Origin: Ostrea edulis
Lineage: Eukaryota
Direction: 5' to 3'
NCBI RefSeq assembly: GCF_947568905.1
Contig: NC_079173.1
Span: forward strand, 20,584,001-20,648,000
DNA length: 64,000 nucleotides
The notes beneath the pieces were generated by a model. That model was not told where the DNA came from and made no database searches. It was given only the letters and a program-made list of their open reading frames with translations. This document shows positions 1-13,300 of the stretch, in pieces; the first letter of the stretch is position 1; each line of letters opens with the position of its first letter. The translations under genes were made by a program, and so were the position numbers.

Positions 1-1039
1 TTTACGTGGTTCGGGAGCCAAGGGCTTGATCATGGAAGAAATTTTTACTTTGTGCTCCGAATCAAATTTTAAAAATGCTTTCCAAAATTTATATCTTTTA
101 TACATAATTGTGCAATAAACTACGTGCAATATCAATGAGTACTATTGTGATATAAATACAAATATATAGTTACCATCATTATTTCGCTTTTAATTCATAA
201 GAAAATGGAAACAACGAGAATGAAATTTTTGCACTGCATGTTTGCTTGGACATTCAAGTAACTGAGCCCATTGCGTCCACTGTTGGGTATAGGATGAAAG
301 AAAGATGTCATGTTGTCCGTCGTCCGTCCGTCAACCTTTCACAATAAAGTACGCACACCTGTCCCTTACAACTCTCCAGTTTTAGGGTTGTGCAATATGC
401 AAAAACTAAATTCGACCTCTTTGATCATTTAGTGTAGTCTACTCAATTCCTATTATATTCAAGCCTCGCTCTAGAATGTTTTCAAGCCTCGCTTTATAAT
501 GTTTCCAATCCTCGCTCTAAAATTATCAAAATTTTCTTTTTCCTATATACATGTATGATGAATTGTTTTCTTTTGCGAGAATATACAAAAGAAAATTTCA
601 AAAAACAAAACTGAGAATCCGATAAACGAATGGGGACATTATATTATAATTCATGTGGTTATAAAGATGACATCATCATGGCTGGAATGTTATTATAAAA
701 ATGACATTATCATATGCGTCATACTATCATGTGACAGTTACGTGTCCAGTTCAGACTTTCCTGAGGTAAAATCATCTTTGGTCTTCTTTGTGTAAAGTTT
801 GTATTTTGTTACTACAATACTGTGTCATAAAAATAACCATGTTGCACGCCAGGATATCTTCTAGTCATCATTTTGTGAATTAACATAATTTCATAACATC
901 ATCAAGTTTTAGTGCTACTCAATCTAGTCAATGCATTCTTAAAGACTCTATATTTTTGTTTTATCTATAACTGGGCCCCAATGGAAATAAACCTTTATTG
1001 CTTTAGAGGACATTTTAAACTTATCTATACTACATACAT

Positions 1040-1325
1040 GAAGGTGAAGATAACGAACAGTGATCAATCGCATAACTCCTATAAGGAATACAAAATAGAG
1101 AATTGGGCAAACACTAACCCCTGGACACACCAGAGGTGGTATCGAGTGCCTAGGTGGAGTAAGCATCCCCTGTTGACTGGCCACACCCGCCGTGAGCCCT
1201 ACCAGTATATCTTGATCAGGTAAACGGAGTAATCCGTAGTCAAAATCAGTGGGCCAAGAACGGCCTAACAATCGTTATGAAACACGCCAGACAGCATTTG
1301 ACCCCATGACAGTTTGTATTGACAT
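1040..1325 (-). mobile_element. Terminal fragment of a Penelope-like retroelement (repeat family B)
   Basis: Begins aaggtgaagataacgaacagtgatcaatc on +. The same sequence recurs more than 10 times in the window and is contiguous with RT-coding remnants at 46310-46670, 48160-48660 and 57715-58195. Strand is given as RT sense. Confidence 0.75.
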
Positions 1326-1488
1326 ACTACGAATTGAAATATTTTCCATGTGTAATAGTCAAGATTATATACCTAGTGTTGTTTTCTGTGGTTTCTTAGA
1401 TGTTACAGTAATTCCATTTCTGTGATACTCTTAACCATGATTGTAAATATGTTTCGTTTACCAATTGATATATGTGTCCTTTATCTGA

Positions 1489-1751
1489 TTGATTAAATAT
1501 TGTTTAACGTCCCTCTCAAGAATATTTCACTCATATGGAGACGTCACCACTGCCGGTGAAGGGCTGCAGAATTTCGGCCTATGCTCGACACTTATGGCCT
1601 TTGAGCAGGGAGGAATCTTTATCGTGCCACACCTGCTGTGACACGGGACATCGGTTTTTGCGGTCTCATCCGAAGGACCGCCCCATTTAGTCGCCTTCTG
1701 CGACAAGCAAGGGGTACTGAGGACCTATTCTAACCCGGATTCTCACGGGAT
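1489..1751 (-). mobile_element. SINE (family A, Deu/Meta-like core), 5'-truncated, with TSD
   Basis: Reverse complement of the core cttcggatgagaccgcaaaaaccg..gtggcacgataaagat with a (CAAT)n tail. Flanked by tgtcctttatctga (1475-1488) and tgtcttttatctga (1752-1765), a 14-bp TSD with 1 mismatch. Confidence 0.85.
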
Positions 1752-1839
1752 TGTCTTTTATCTGAATAAATAGTCGTCATCATCATAGGAGTCATGTGAT
1801 CACAAAGATGTACTATGTGTATCATAGTCTTTGAATTAA

Positions 1840-2243
1840 GGTAGCTCACTACACTAAAGCTTATACTCTTTATGACATTACGTCACAAGTTGGCGATTTA
1901 AATGTTTTGTGAAATTATTTGTATCGATCGATTCGTTTGTCTATCATCATAGCTCAGTGATTAAAGCATTGGGATGGTGAACCGCAGATTTCGAGTTCAA
2001 ATCCACATAAAAGAGAAAAAATGCATTGAGCCGGTGAACAGCAGATCTCGAGTTCAATTCCGCCAGTGTTTTGTTCATATATGTGTTGAAATATTATTAT
2101 TTTTTGTGAAAATCATGTTTTTATCCAAATGTGTATACTTTCTGCCTTTTTGGCATGTATACTTATTATAAATCATCTCATCTTTTATGATGAAATCAAT
2201 TCGTACTGATTTGAGAAACTATTTCAGGGTGTAGTGAGCTACC
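1840..2243. mobile_element. Non-autonomous Kolobok-type DNA transposon (MITE)
   Basis: Perfect 15-bp TIRs ggtagctcactacac / gtgtagtgagctacc, with TTAA on both sides (1836-1839, 2244-2247) and GG termini. TTAA TSD plus RR ends is the Kolobok signature. Confidence 0.85.
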
Positions 2244-3533
2244 TTAAAACCCACTGATTTCCCTATATTTTCTAATATACATGTATATAGTTTGCATTCA
2301 TCATCCAACGAATCATACTTACTCACAATTTTCTAATCAGAATATCGAAACAAAAGACATTCAATCAAATATAACAGTTTTACTTGTGCTGGTGTAAGGT
2401 TACCGACTGATCTGCAATTTGCTTTTTCTTCTTGTTCTAAACTTGTTCCAATACGACAAGCGTTCATTGTGGGATTAGATGCAGTTGCTAGTTTCTGTCC
2501 ATATATTGTCTATCCATCAGGAGTGACCTTCCCCCACGAATTGCAGACAGTAATTATTCTGTTATGCAGCCTCTGATGTTTAAATCACAATGTAAAGTTG
2601 ATGAATTAGTAATTTGCACGACGATTGTTCCATCTGATGCAGTAGATGCTTTGCAGCCCGCTGGACGCGGTCATCAAACTGCCTTCATAAAGCTATCAAA
2701 AGATTTCTATACACCCATCCAAAACGCTGCTGGTCATTTTTGAGGGCGATTTGGCGGCTCGTATCGTATTACCCCACAGATTGGGGGTGGGCGTGGTCGA
2801 CTATTGGTTGAATTGATTGCACTTTATTATGTAAACTTTTCATCATCGGTTGCCTAGGACATGAACACAAAACATTAATGTCATTTTAATGCTCTGCAGC
2901 TTCTTCCCAAGTCATATGCGAAATCTGGACAGACCCCATGTCGCTGTTGAATAGAGGATACTTTTTAGGTATACTGGTTTAGCAACTTAAGAAAAGGTTT
3001 GAGTCCAGTGTCACGTGTAGGTCACGGGGACGAACTCCCGTTACAAATCTCGCGGAGAATCATATCACCTGATATATGTTCTACGATGCTGAAATCGTTC
3101 TGGACACTGTGTGCTGCATGTTACTGAACGGCTGACCGGTGGCGGGATACAAAGAATCCCTGCATACCAGCAATTAAATCCTAAAGTCTGTCAGGGAACC
3201 GGAAAAACGATTCATTACAATGTCCAGCTTTATGAATCTTTCCTTTCTTGTTTAATGTTTGTTTAATTTCATGTTTTTAATAAAGTGAAATGGAATATCT
3301 ATCCATCAAAAAAATTAATTGTTGTGAATGAATACTATTTTCTTTTTTTAAGGAAAAAAAGATATGAATAATTGTTCTTAAGATATCAGTTTACAATTTA
3401 GAAAAAGAAAGATACAGTGGGTTAAATGCATCAATAATGATGTTCTTGTGCAGATATATACATGTAAATAAAAGAAAGATAAGATGAGGACGTATAATAG
3501 AGAAAATAGCCAGGTTCCTAAACGTGTTTTGAA

Positions 3534-3578
3534 ATGATTGATTAATTGTATATTGTTTAACGCCCCTGTCGAGAATTC

Positions 3579-3609
<31 letters not shown>

Positions 3610-3803
3610 TGAAGAGCTGCAAAATTTAGGCCTATGCTCGGCGCTTACGGCCTTTGAGCACAGAGGGATCTTTACCGTGCCACGCCTGCTGTGACACGGG
3701 ATCTCGGTTTTTGCGGTCTGATCCGAAGGACTGCCCCATTTAGTCGCCTCTTACGACAATCAAGGGGTACTGAGGACATGTTCTAACCCGGATTCCCACG
3801 GGC
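3534..3803 (-). mobile_element. SINE family A copy
   Basis: Near-identical to 1489-1751 and 36873-37125. Confidence 0.85.
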
Positions 3804-5109
3804 AAGTGATATGTTGAAGTTACATGTTCTAGATACATCGGAAATTAGAATGTCAAAGTTAACATTCTCCTTTAGGAGCGAGATCAAAAGTTCAATGTCT
3901 GACAAAAATACTTAATTCACATAGCTTTCACCAAGACCCCCACCCCCCTTTAAAACTAAATATGATTAATGTTGAAACTAATCGATCAACAAGTAAAAAC
4001 ATATGATTATAAATAACACTCTGTATACCTATTATATATACTGTTTATCTACAAAAGAAAGTGTACATCAAAACTATTAAATGTAATATCATTATGTGGT
4101 TTTTTTTTTCTTTTTCCACTAAAGTGTAATCAATGTCGGATGACGGAAACTTACGGGAGATTTTATCCCTCCTCCCCCTAACTATTTGAATTTATATTTT
4201 TATCCGACATCGATCTTTTGATCTCGCCCCTATTATTTTATATAAGTATAGTGAAAACGGCACTATTTTTCTTCTGGACACCAATGGAAATTAAAAATTC
4301 TATATAATTTTTTTTTGGTTCAGAAAGAAAATATATTGTACACCAAACGAAAAGAAATAACAATCCCTATGGAATTATTTCGTTTGAAGATCAGAATCAA
4401 TAACATCCGACCATCGAGGGAGCAAATCTTGGCCTCAGTTTTCCACTCTTTTTGCAGAATGATGGACCATCATCCTACTCAGTGAGCTTAACATAAAGAG
4501 GCCCCACGTGCACCTTGTCCTTTTTGTCGACATTAAATATTTGTTTTCATCATGAACAAACAGGTCGCGCTAATCACCACGGTTTATCGTTGTTTACCTG
4601 GCGTTGTAATACGGGTATTCGAGGCGTTCGCGTTATACTTTATTGATGCCAGGTAAGCCGTTCAGAGGCTTGTCGGTAATCGCATCGGAAGGACCGTGTT
4701 AATGCAATTAACTTCACAATTTATACCCTTCTCCATTGAATTTGATGCAGTTTGGCGGATCATTGAAGTTGATGGATCGTCTTCACGAGTACGGAATCTT
4801 ATACCGTATTTTCATAGATTTTAGAGTCAGGTTGATCCTGTTCTAAAACACACAAGATGGAATAAAATATGAATAGTGTTAAGACACATCAAATAATCAC
4901 GTCGAGGTTTTTTACGTGATTTTCTTTTTGCTTTTTTTTTCTGTTTTTCCGGGGGGGGGGTTGACTTTTTGGGGTGTGGGGGTGGGTTTTTGTTTGTTCT
5001 TCATCTAGAATTATGACTCTGACAGTAATGTAGAAATAGAGTCATCATGTCCAACTCGTACATAAAATAAAAGTAGGGTCATCATTTAAACCTCCGGGTT
5101 AGAAGAGGT

Positions 5110-5350
5110 CATCAGAACCCCTTGTCGTAAGAGGCGACTAAATGGGGCGGTCCTTCGGATGAGACCGCAAAAATCGATGCCCCGCATCACACAGCAGATG
5201 TGGCACGATAAAGATCCCTCCCTGCTCAAAGGACGTAAGCGCCGAGCATAGGCCTATTTTGCAGCCCGTCACCGGCAGTGGTGATGTCTCCATATGAGTG
5301 AAAGATTCTCGAGAGGGACGTTAAACAATATTCAATCAATCAATCAATCC
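5110..5350 (+). mobile_element. SINE family A copy
   Basis: gtcgtaagaggcgactaaatggggcggtccttcggatgagacc core with a (CAAT)n tail. Confidence 0.85.
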
Positions 5351-5537
5351 AATGCGTACATAATATACATATAGGGTCATCCCTTCCAACTCGTACATAA
5401 TGTATGAATAGGGAATAGAATCATCATTTCCAATTTGTTTGTAATATGGTTGTAGTATCATCTGAAGGACGTGAAGACTGAATTAGTTCTGCTTGCATAC
5501 CTGTTATGTTGCCTTATAATCTTAACTTATCCAATGA

Positions 5538-5720
5538 AAGGTGAAGATAACGAACAGTTATCAATCTCATAACTCCTATAAGCAATACAAAATAGAGAGT
5601 TGGGCAAACACGGACCCCTGGATATGCCAGCGGTGGGATCAGATGCCTAGGAGGAGTAAGCATCCCCTGTCGACCGGTCACACCCACCGTGAGCCCTATA
5701 TCTCGATCGGGTAAATGGAT
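5538..5720 (-). mobile_element. Penelope-like family B terminal fragment
   Basis: Matches 1040-1325 and 48160-48350. Confidence 0.75.
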
Positions 5721-7364
5721 CCATCTTTCTTGGAACGGGAGATTCTTTATAGCAGGAAAAAAAAATTTAGACGATAATTCTACATTGAGGAAAAGTATAG
5801 TGTTGATCCCAACGCATTGCGTTGAATATTCGGTTATCGAAGTTTTGGATTTTTTTTTACAGCAACCGTCCATCTACACTAAATGAGTTCAAACTGATGT
5901 TTATTGTACATGTAAATTGGTTTTTCTTTAAATTAGTTCATTTTAGAAATGAATAGGGACGCTACGACCCTTGCTGTACTTTATTTTGATGTTGACAAAG
6001 AAAGTCAATAGTGCTTTAACATATGACCTTCGTTTGATTCATTACTCCCTATAGTTTACATTACAAGTACACGATTGTTTTGTTAAGCGGTACAAAAGTA
6101 TACGCTCATCGTGGTCACTACAGAAACACCAAAAACGTTAAAACCAATTCTTCACGGATAGTTTAAACTTTAGAAATAAAATAATAGCCGAATGACCGCA
6201 ATACCACTGAACCGGATTAAAACCACAATTAATCAATCAATCGTTTGTTAGAAGTTATTTGAGGTAAACTGACCACAGATGCAAGTCCTAATGGAAAATT
6301 TCTTAAAAACACTAATAATTATTCTCATCTTATCCGTTAAATTCAACATATATCTTGTGTATATACATTAACATTATTAATAAATATGTAAATTTTAAAA
6401 AAAAAATTGACGTTGTCAAAGAGATATATACCATATATACGTCTCAAACCTAACATTGTAGAAAATTAGAGAATACAATAAATGAAATAAATGCAAAGAA
6501 ATTAATACTGTATATCGATTTGTTCCGAATTCAATAAATAAATGAACCATATATGTCGGTTATGATGGGCTGTAATGTCAGTAGCTGCAGAAGTGTGACT
6601 CTCTGAGAAAATATAGGACTTCAGATCTGTTCCATTATTTTCCCAGAGAGGTACAGCTCTGCAGCTATAATATCATATGAATATCTTTTTTGTGCCGGAG
6701 CCAATATGTCTACAATATCTCAAAATGAAAGTAAACAACATGACGAATAATCAAAAATAGTTTTATTTTTTAAGGAATCAATATTAAACACAACTAACCA
6801 AACAAAATTTATCTCAATGAATTTCATCCCATGCCTATTAGTGAAAATCATGATAATTTAAACATCTAGAAAATTTGTTCGGCAATTGCAGTGACAGCCA
6901 ATACCACAGACTATCGCATCCCGGCAACCACACTGTATCCCAGAACACCACGGCGCCTCGGCAAGAGGACCTCACGAACTCTGTTATATTTTTACCCATT
7001 TAGATCTCACAGGAGACACCAGTCTTGTTAATTTTAACTATCAATTGTAACAGTTATTTTACAATAATATTCAGTAAACATAGATCATATACACATGTAC
7101 TACTCACTGCTTTTATTGTGTTTCAAAATTCAACAACTGTAGTCCATATTTAAATGGGTTTTAAAGATAACTTACGCTTATAAAATACCATAATTATTCG
7201 CTGAAAGGACTCAATGAAAAAACTAATAACTTCCAAAATTCGCAGAGATGACAAAACGGAACCATGAATATAAAACTGACATGGAGTTTTTGTATCAAGT
7301 AAAACACTCTATGTCTTCACCAATTCAGGAAAAAGTAAGTCTGCAATAATTTCTGTATTAATTA

Positions 7365-7567
7365 TCACAAGCTGATTGTGGAGTCTGCTTGCATCACGTC
7401 ATCACACGATTCCTGCTTAGCTTTATGTTTCGTGGGATCCTCTGGTATCCAGGTCTTGGCAAACATTGTCCGATTAGGCCCGAGGCTAGGATTTTTCTCG
7501 TCTCTCCATGACAACGAATGACCCGCCAAAGGGAGCCATCCACGTGCTATGTCGTCTGCTCGCATGC
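7365..7567 (-). CDS. ptf1a: Ptf1a exon 2 (C-terminus with RBPJ/Su(H)-binding tryptophan motifs)
   Basis: Acceptor ..cgtgtgacag|GC at 7568/7567, phase 1, matching exon 1. Encodes GHSLSW and AKTWIPEDP, equivalent to vertebrate PTF1A HSLSW and VWTPEDP. Spliced CDS is 657 nt (218 aa). Confidence 0.92.
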
Positions 7568-8712
7568 CTGTCACACGAACAGATTCGAAAAGAAAAGACA
7601 TTTGAATCGTCTGCTCAATAAAATAGAAAATCTGGTGATAGCTAAAATAAATAAAGAAAACGAATTTGTAATTTGTAATTCATTGGAAGTCAAAGAGAAT
7701 TGTTAATGTCTAATTATTCAAGTGTAATAGCTTCTTTGTGACATTTCAAACGATGATAAAGAAACGGATAATTTTTTCCTAAGGACGAGGTATTCTCTAC
7801 AAGTTTGCCATCTACGGAGCTTTTCGTCGACTGTAATCTAACGGATATTTCGAATTAAATCCAATGGTGTTTCTTCTATAATGAATACATGCATAGAGGT
7901 GAAACCTCGTTTTTCCGATCAGAAGCGCAAAGTAATATTTCTTACGTGTGAAAGGTATGGCGAATTAAAGGGATTATTCGTGACTCTCGAATTATTCAGA
8001 GTAATTCGAAGAAAAAAAAATCACGGGTTTCATTCTGTTCACATCAATGAAGTCATTATTATCATCATTAGGACTATCATTAGTATTTTCACTCACAATT
8101 ATCATGATTGAAAATTCGAGATCAAAATTATTAGTATTAAAAATATTGTCTCATTATGTTTGGGCATTTGAATTTAAAAAAAAAATGAACGAAAGTTCAA
8201 TATAATGAAATATTTCTTTTATGTTTAGAAATTTAGAATTTAGTGAGCAGTTAACATGCACGTGCTTTGGCACAGTTGCATCATTTGTCACTTGTATAAT
8301 TCGGATAGTCATCCTTTTCTGTGGACAATATTGAAAATAAACCCATTTATACATGGAGACGGTTGAGGAGAACGCACACAGGTGTAAGGCTACAGGTGTA
8401 ATAACACGAATGTTTTATCCGTCTTCTTTTATACTAGTAGCGAATTCGGAAATTAAAAGGATCGCAATTTATCGAAGCCAAGGTAGCGATGCTTTTAGTG
8501 GTAGGTATGAAACATTTGCATTTATAATCTGGATATACCAAACAGGGAAATATAAACAAATTAAAGGTTTGGATAAATTTCCGACTACCGTATTCGACAA
8601 AAAGAGATGAAAAAATGAAGATAACGAACACTGATAAATCCAATGAACCATATAAAATACAAAATAAAGAGCAGGGCAAACACGAACTTCTGGATACACC
8701 AGCGGTGGGATC

Positions 8713-8930
8713 AGGCCTGAAGGTTATAAAAACCTTTACCGTACTCATACTCAGCCATGTTTGTTATGAGTACAACTCTGAGTAAGCTCCCAGTTTACTC
8801 GAAAAATCTTGAGCATGAAATCCATTTGAGTATGAAAAGGATTTTATAAAAGTTTGAGTACGATTTAGAGCACGGAGATCGAGTTTGAGTATGAAAACGT
8901 GCTCAAAAAAGTTTTATAACCTCCAGACCT
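8713..8930. mobile_element. MITE in Ptf1a intron
   Basis: TIRs aggcctgaaggttataaaa / ttttataacctccagacct. It truncates a family B fragment (8615-8712). A related copy lies in opposite orientation at 15949-16194. Confidence 0.75.
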
Positions 8931-9595
8931 TATATCTAAGAGGAATAAGGGACCATGAGAAGTCTCTTAGTCGCCGAATTCCAGAAGCATATAATGCACA
9001 GTCTGATCCGTATGTAAGCTATCGTCTCGTCACGAGCCCTAGTTTATGTTCAGACTTTTAAGTCAATTCGAGTAAAAGCAGTTTTATTTTTATACATAGA
9101 ATCAAGGGGCAAATAGTTAAAAACTCTCACTAAGATGAAGAAAGCTACATGTAAAAAGACACTGCGTAAAAACAAGGGAAAGTGTTTTTGTATTAAAAAA
9201 AAACAACAACAAAAAAACAAACAAACAACTTGCACCACTTTTCGATTGAATTCTGCTCATCCAAACTCAAATTCTAACAGAATAGTAAATATACGAGTTA
9301 TTTGAGAAAATTATAAAGTAAAAAATCTGTTCACAAATAACAAATACTGTAGCTTTTTAAAACATTATCGTGGTTTTGTCCCCAAATGAAATGCCATTAA
9401 CATTCAAACCGTCCACAAAGGTGTGTAAATTCGCAGATAGCTACATTTTAGTGACATTCAAGTTTTCCTCTTCAATAACTTTAACACTGATCACTTGATT
9501 TTTTTTTAGTCATTCTCAACCACGAAAATTAGTATTCAACTAATAATAATGAAACCACAGAGAATGGCATTAAAGAAGGGTTAAGACATACGTAC

Positions 9596-10049
9596 TGTAG
9601 TGGTAATTGATAACAACTTTCCGGGGTTTCTCTTTGTACGCTGACTGTTGAGGATTCGCATTCCCAACGTTGGATTTCACCAGCTCGGACAGAAACCCTA
9701 TGTAACCTATAGCCAAGCGTAACGTATCTACTTTGGATAATCTTTTTTCGTATGGCAGTGTGGGGATGTGTGCGCGAAGTCCTTCAAAAGCGTCGTTTAT
9801 AGACTGCATTCGTTTCCTTTCTCGTAGATTCGCAGCCTCTCTCTGCTGGATTTGATGGAAGTGGTTGTCTTTTTTCTTTCTACTTTTCGGATTTGATTTC
9901 AGTATACCTTCCGCTGGAGAGTCTTGGCTTTCGTCAGATATTGCAGGAATATCGTCCACAAACGAAAAATCTGTTGAATCGGGTGAAGTAAGGATTTCAT
10001 CGAATTGTAAATAATCCATGACATATAGATTTTGAACGTTAAAATTCAT
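9596..10049 (-). CDS. ptf1a: Ptf1a exon 1 (bHLH domain)
   Basis: [53 protein letters not shown] is near-identical to the PTF1A bHLH. Donor TAC A|GTACGT at 9596/9595 follows KVVINYH, the same position as the vertebrate intron after KVIICH. Confidence 0.95.
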
Positions 10050-11574
10050 TTATGATGATAGAAATGTTTAAAAAAAAAAATTCACTTCTATCGCATATGA
10101 TCCAAACACAACATTACACAGAATTCCATCTGCAAATATTTCATTGCTTTGTAGATTTGTTGATAATTTGAAATTTTAATCGTGAAAACTTAAGCCTCCG
10201 TAGCCTATGTGATTACATTGCATAACCTCTCATTCATATCCTGATTTCCATTTCCATAAGCTTTTATCCTTTTGAATATTAATTACAGGACCCTTGATTT
10301 TTGTATTTTCTTTCATATCTAATGTAAATATAGAGACACGTGCTGTGATCGAAATTAGCCAATCAGATTATTTGTTCTATCTAGGTCGTGTGCTGTCGAA
10401 CTTTTGTTCGGGATTAATTACATGCTGTCTGTAGTCCCTCACATACAATAATGAACCGTAGACGTTGATTTACTTCCCTTTTTAATCTGATTTCTTCCTT
10501 TATTTGCAAACACTTGAAATGTCACTGTTGAGTTGCTACTCTTTTAATTTTCTTATTGAAATATAATTTATTTTATCGTTTCCAAAATGTTCAAAGACCT
10601 TAACAGGTAAAGCTGTGTATGCAGAAGCAGAACAGTTATGTGTACAGATGTAACGTGGCGGGATATTAGTTCATTCATCCAGATCAAAAATACGAAATGC
10701 TACTGTGTCTTTATATGGTAATGTAAATTAATGAATTGAGACATGTTGTTGAAGAAAATCTGAAACGTGTAAATATCTATTACGAATTTTGTAATTATCA
10801 TTTTGTCTGTTTGTTGAAAAGATAAAAAGTTAAAAATGCGACGTTTAGTTCAATTTCCAATATAACTCTTAAGTGAGACAAAATTCTGAATACACCCTAA
10901 AAGTGTAATAATTTTAACTGATGTAATTACGCTACAACCGGGGAATCCATATTTCATTTGTGTAAATCATAAGCGCAGTTTACTTTAGGCCAACCGGAAT
11001 TGTAAAAGTGGAATACTTACGTACAGAAAATCCGGTATGCAAACAAATGCCCTCGGAATTAATCAATACAGCATGAGAATTTCCGCATCTGATTTCAAAG
11101 ACGATCCTACTAATTAAAAGAAATCTTCAAATCGTTGATTGGCGTTGTGTGATTCGGTCTTTGGTTGCGTTGCAGAAAGAACAATGGTGAATGATTATCG
11201 ATATATTTATTAAACCTCTAACTTTTTTCTTCCTCTTCCACGGCATGTTATTGTTTGTCATATTTAACATGTTATTGGAGTCTGCATACCAGCATGTGCT
11301 CTTTTAAATGGAAATAGATCTGATATATATATTTATTTATGCATTTATTTATAATCTAGAAATAAGTACAGAAAAAGCACAAGTAGTAATACAATAAAAA
11401 TTATCACAAAGCCGATTGAGTATATATAGTCGACTAGTTTCTTCAAGGGTATATACTATATTTAGTTATACATGTACACAGTGGTTGTAAGGTGATATAA
11501 AATGCTTCAATACATTGCCACGCTTTAGTAGAGCTCTAAATGATGCATTGGTTATTCATTAGTTTTAGGCATTT

Positions 11575-12030
11575 CGAAATAACGAACAGTGATCTATCTC
11601 AAAATTCCTATAAAGAATGCAAAATTAAGATAAGGGCACACACGGACCCCCTGGACACAGCAGAGGTGTGGTCAGACAAACACGGACCCCTGGACACAGC
11701 AGAGGTGTGGTCAGACAAACACGGACCCCTGGACACAGCAGAGGTGTGGTCAGACAAACACGGACCCCTGGACACAGCAGAGGTGTGGTCAGACAAACAC
11801 GGACCCCTGGACACAGCAGAGGTGTGGTCAGACAAACACGGACCCCTGGACACAGCAGAGGTGGAATCTGGCTCGGATTTTCTCGAAAAAAAAATCTTTT
11901 ATTTGAGCAGTCAGAATTCGAGTAAAATCTCAGACTTATGTCCAAGTTTCGACTTATGATTTTCTTCGAGAATCCAGGCTAGGTGCCTAGGAGGAGTAAG
12001 TATCCCCTGTAGACCGGACACGCCCACCGT
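11575..12030 (-). mobile_element. Family B fragment with internal 39-bp tandem expansion
   Basis: B sequence on both sides; unit cacggacccctggacacagcagaggtgtggtcagacaaa x~5.7 at 11641-11863. Confidence 0.8.
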
Positions 12031-13064
12031 AAATATGTTGATCTAAAGACGGGCATTATCCGTTGCTTTATTTGCTATAGGGCATTTAACAGACTCTCCC
12101 AACACTACCCCTCTATTGTTTAGTATGCTCAATATTTTTCTTTTTTTCCACTCTGAAATGAATTAAATGTGCCATGTAAAAATCTCTGAATGTAATCACC
12201 TAGTCATTTCATGTGCTAAGAATATTCTAAGTGTTTCATAAAGAAATAAACGTACCCTTCCAATATATCAGAGCAGTACCTGCTACTCCCCCATTTCGAA
12301 GCTATTGGACATCTACTTAATTAGCTGCATTTAGTTGACTGTGAACTATTGTAACCTACCATTACTTAAATCTATATATACATGTAACGTACAATCAATT
12401 GTTAACAAATATGGACAATTTATTTCAAAAGGAAACTAATTCTTATTTTCATACCATTAGAAATGTAATCAAGAGAATGAAAAGATGAAACACTTCTTTT
12501 AAAGATAAAATCCAAATGAACTAATAGAAAAGTGATTCCTTAATTCTTTCGTGAGTCTCTAGACTGGCCAAGATGCCGCTACGCATGCATTTGAATTCGA
12601 CATAACGTTCACCTTTCGCCAGGTCACGTGCATCTTAACGTAGATACGACTCTAATTGTGATGGCAACCCACACAATGTCCTTAATCTGTTACCTGACAA
12701 ATTGACAACCAACTGCAGCATATTCGCTTTAGTGATTAAGGCATGTTTGAGCTTTGATTTCGATCAAATTTATTGCTAATGCAGATTAACAAACCAACGA
12801 AAAAGAACGTTCGAATGAATCGGGAAAGCTCGTATGGTTTCTTATATATTTCGTTATAACAAAGATCAAGTAATGCATGGGATTTATCGCGTCTCGTGAT
12901 TCGATGATAAAGATGGCGAAAGAAAGGACAAAGTACATTAGTTTTAACTGAACATATTCCAAATATTTCATGAAGCTGTTGTTTTAAAATAAAACACTGC
13001 AAGACTTAGTATTCAAAATACCGAGTGAAAAATAGACGATGTTTTTTTTGTTTGTTTTTTTTTA

Positions 13065-13300
13065 AAAATTCCCATTTGAGATATTTATGACTTTATGAAG
13101 AAACAATTTCCATTTTGGGATATTTATGAAATTTAGAAGAAAAAAGAACTTCCATTTTGAGATATTTGTGGAATTAAGAAAAAATTATTCCCATATTGAG
13201 ATATTTATGAAATCAAGAAAAAATGAATCCCATATTGAGATATTCATGAAATCAAGAAAGAAAATGATTCCCATAGTGAGATATTCATGACCTTAAGAAA
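13065..13300. repeat. Diverged ~40-bp minisatellite
   Basis: About 6 units of ttccca(t/a)tttgagatatttatgaa..aagaaaaaa. Confidence 0.7.

Noticed and set aside
2400-3180. GC-elevated, coding-looking segment
   Set aside because: The frames I translated by eye hit stops and showed no motif. It may be a decayed TE or pseudo-exon but cannot be supported without a search.
11540-11959. Repeat ORFs (DTAEVWSDKHGPL); also 54911-55495 and 33861-34259
   Set aside because: Products of tandem expansions inside retroelement fragments or antisense to the TRIM 3' end.
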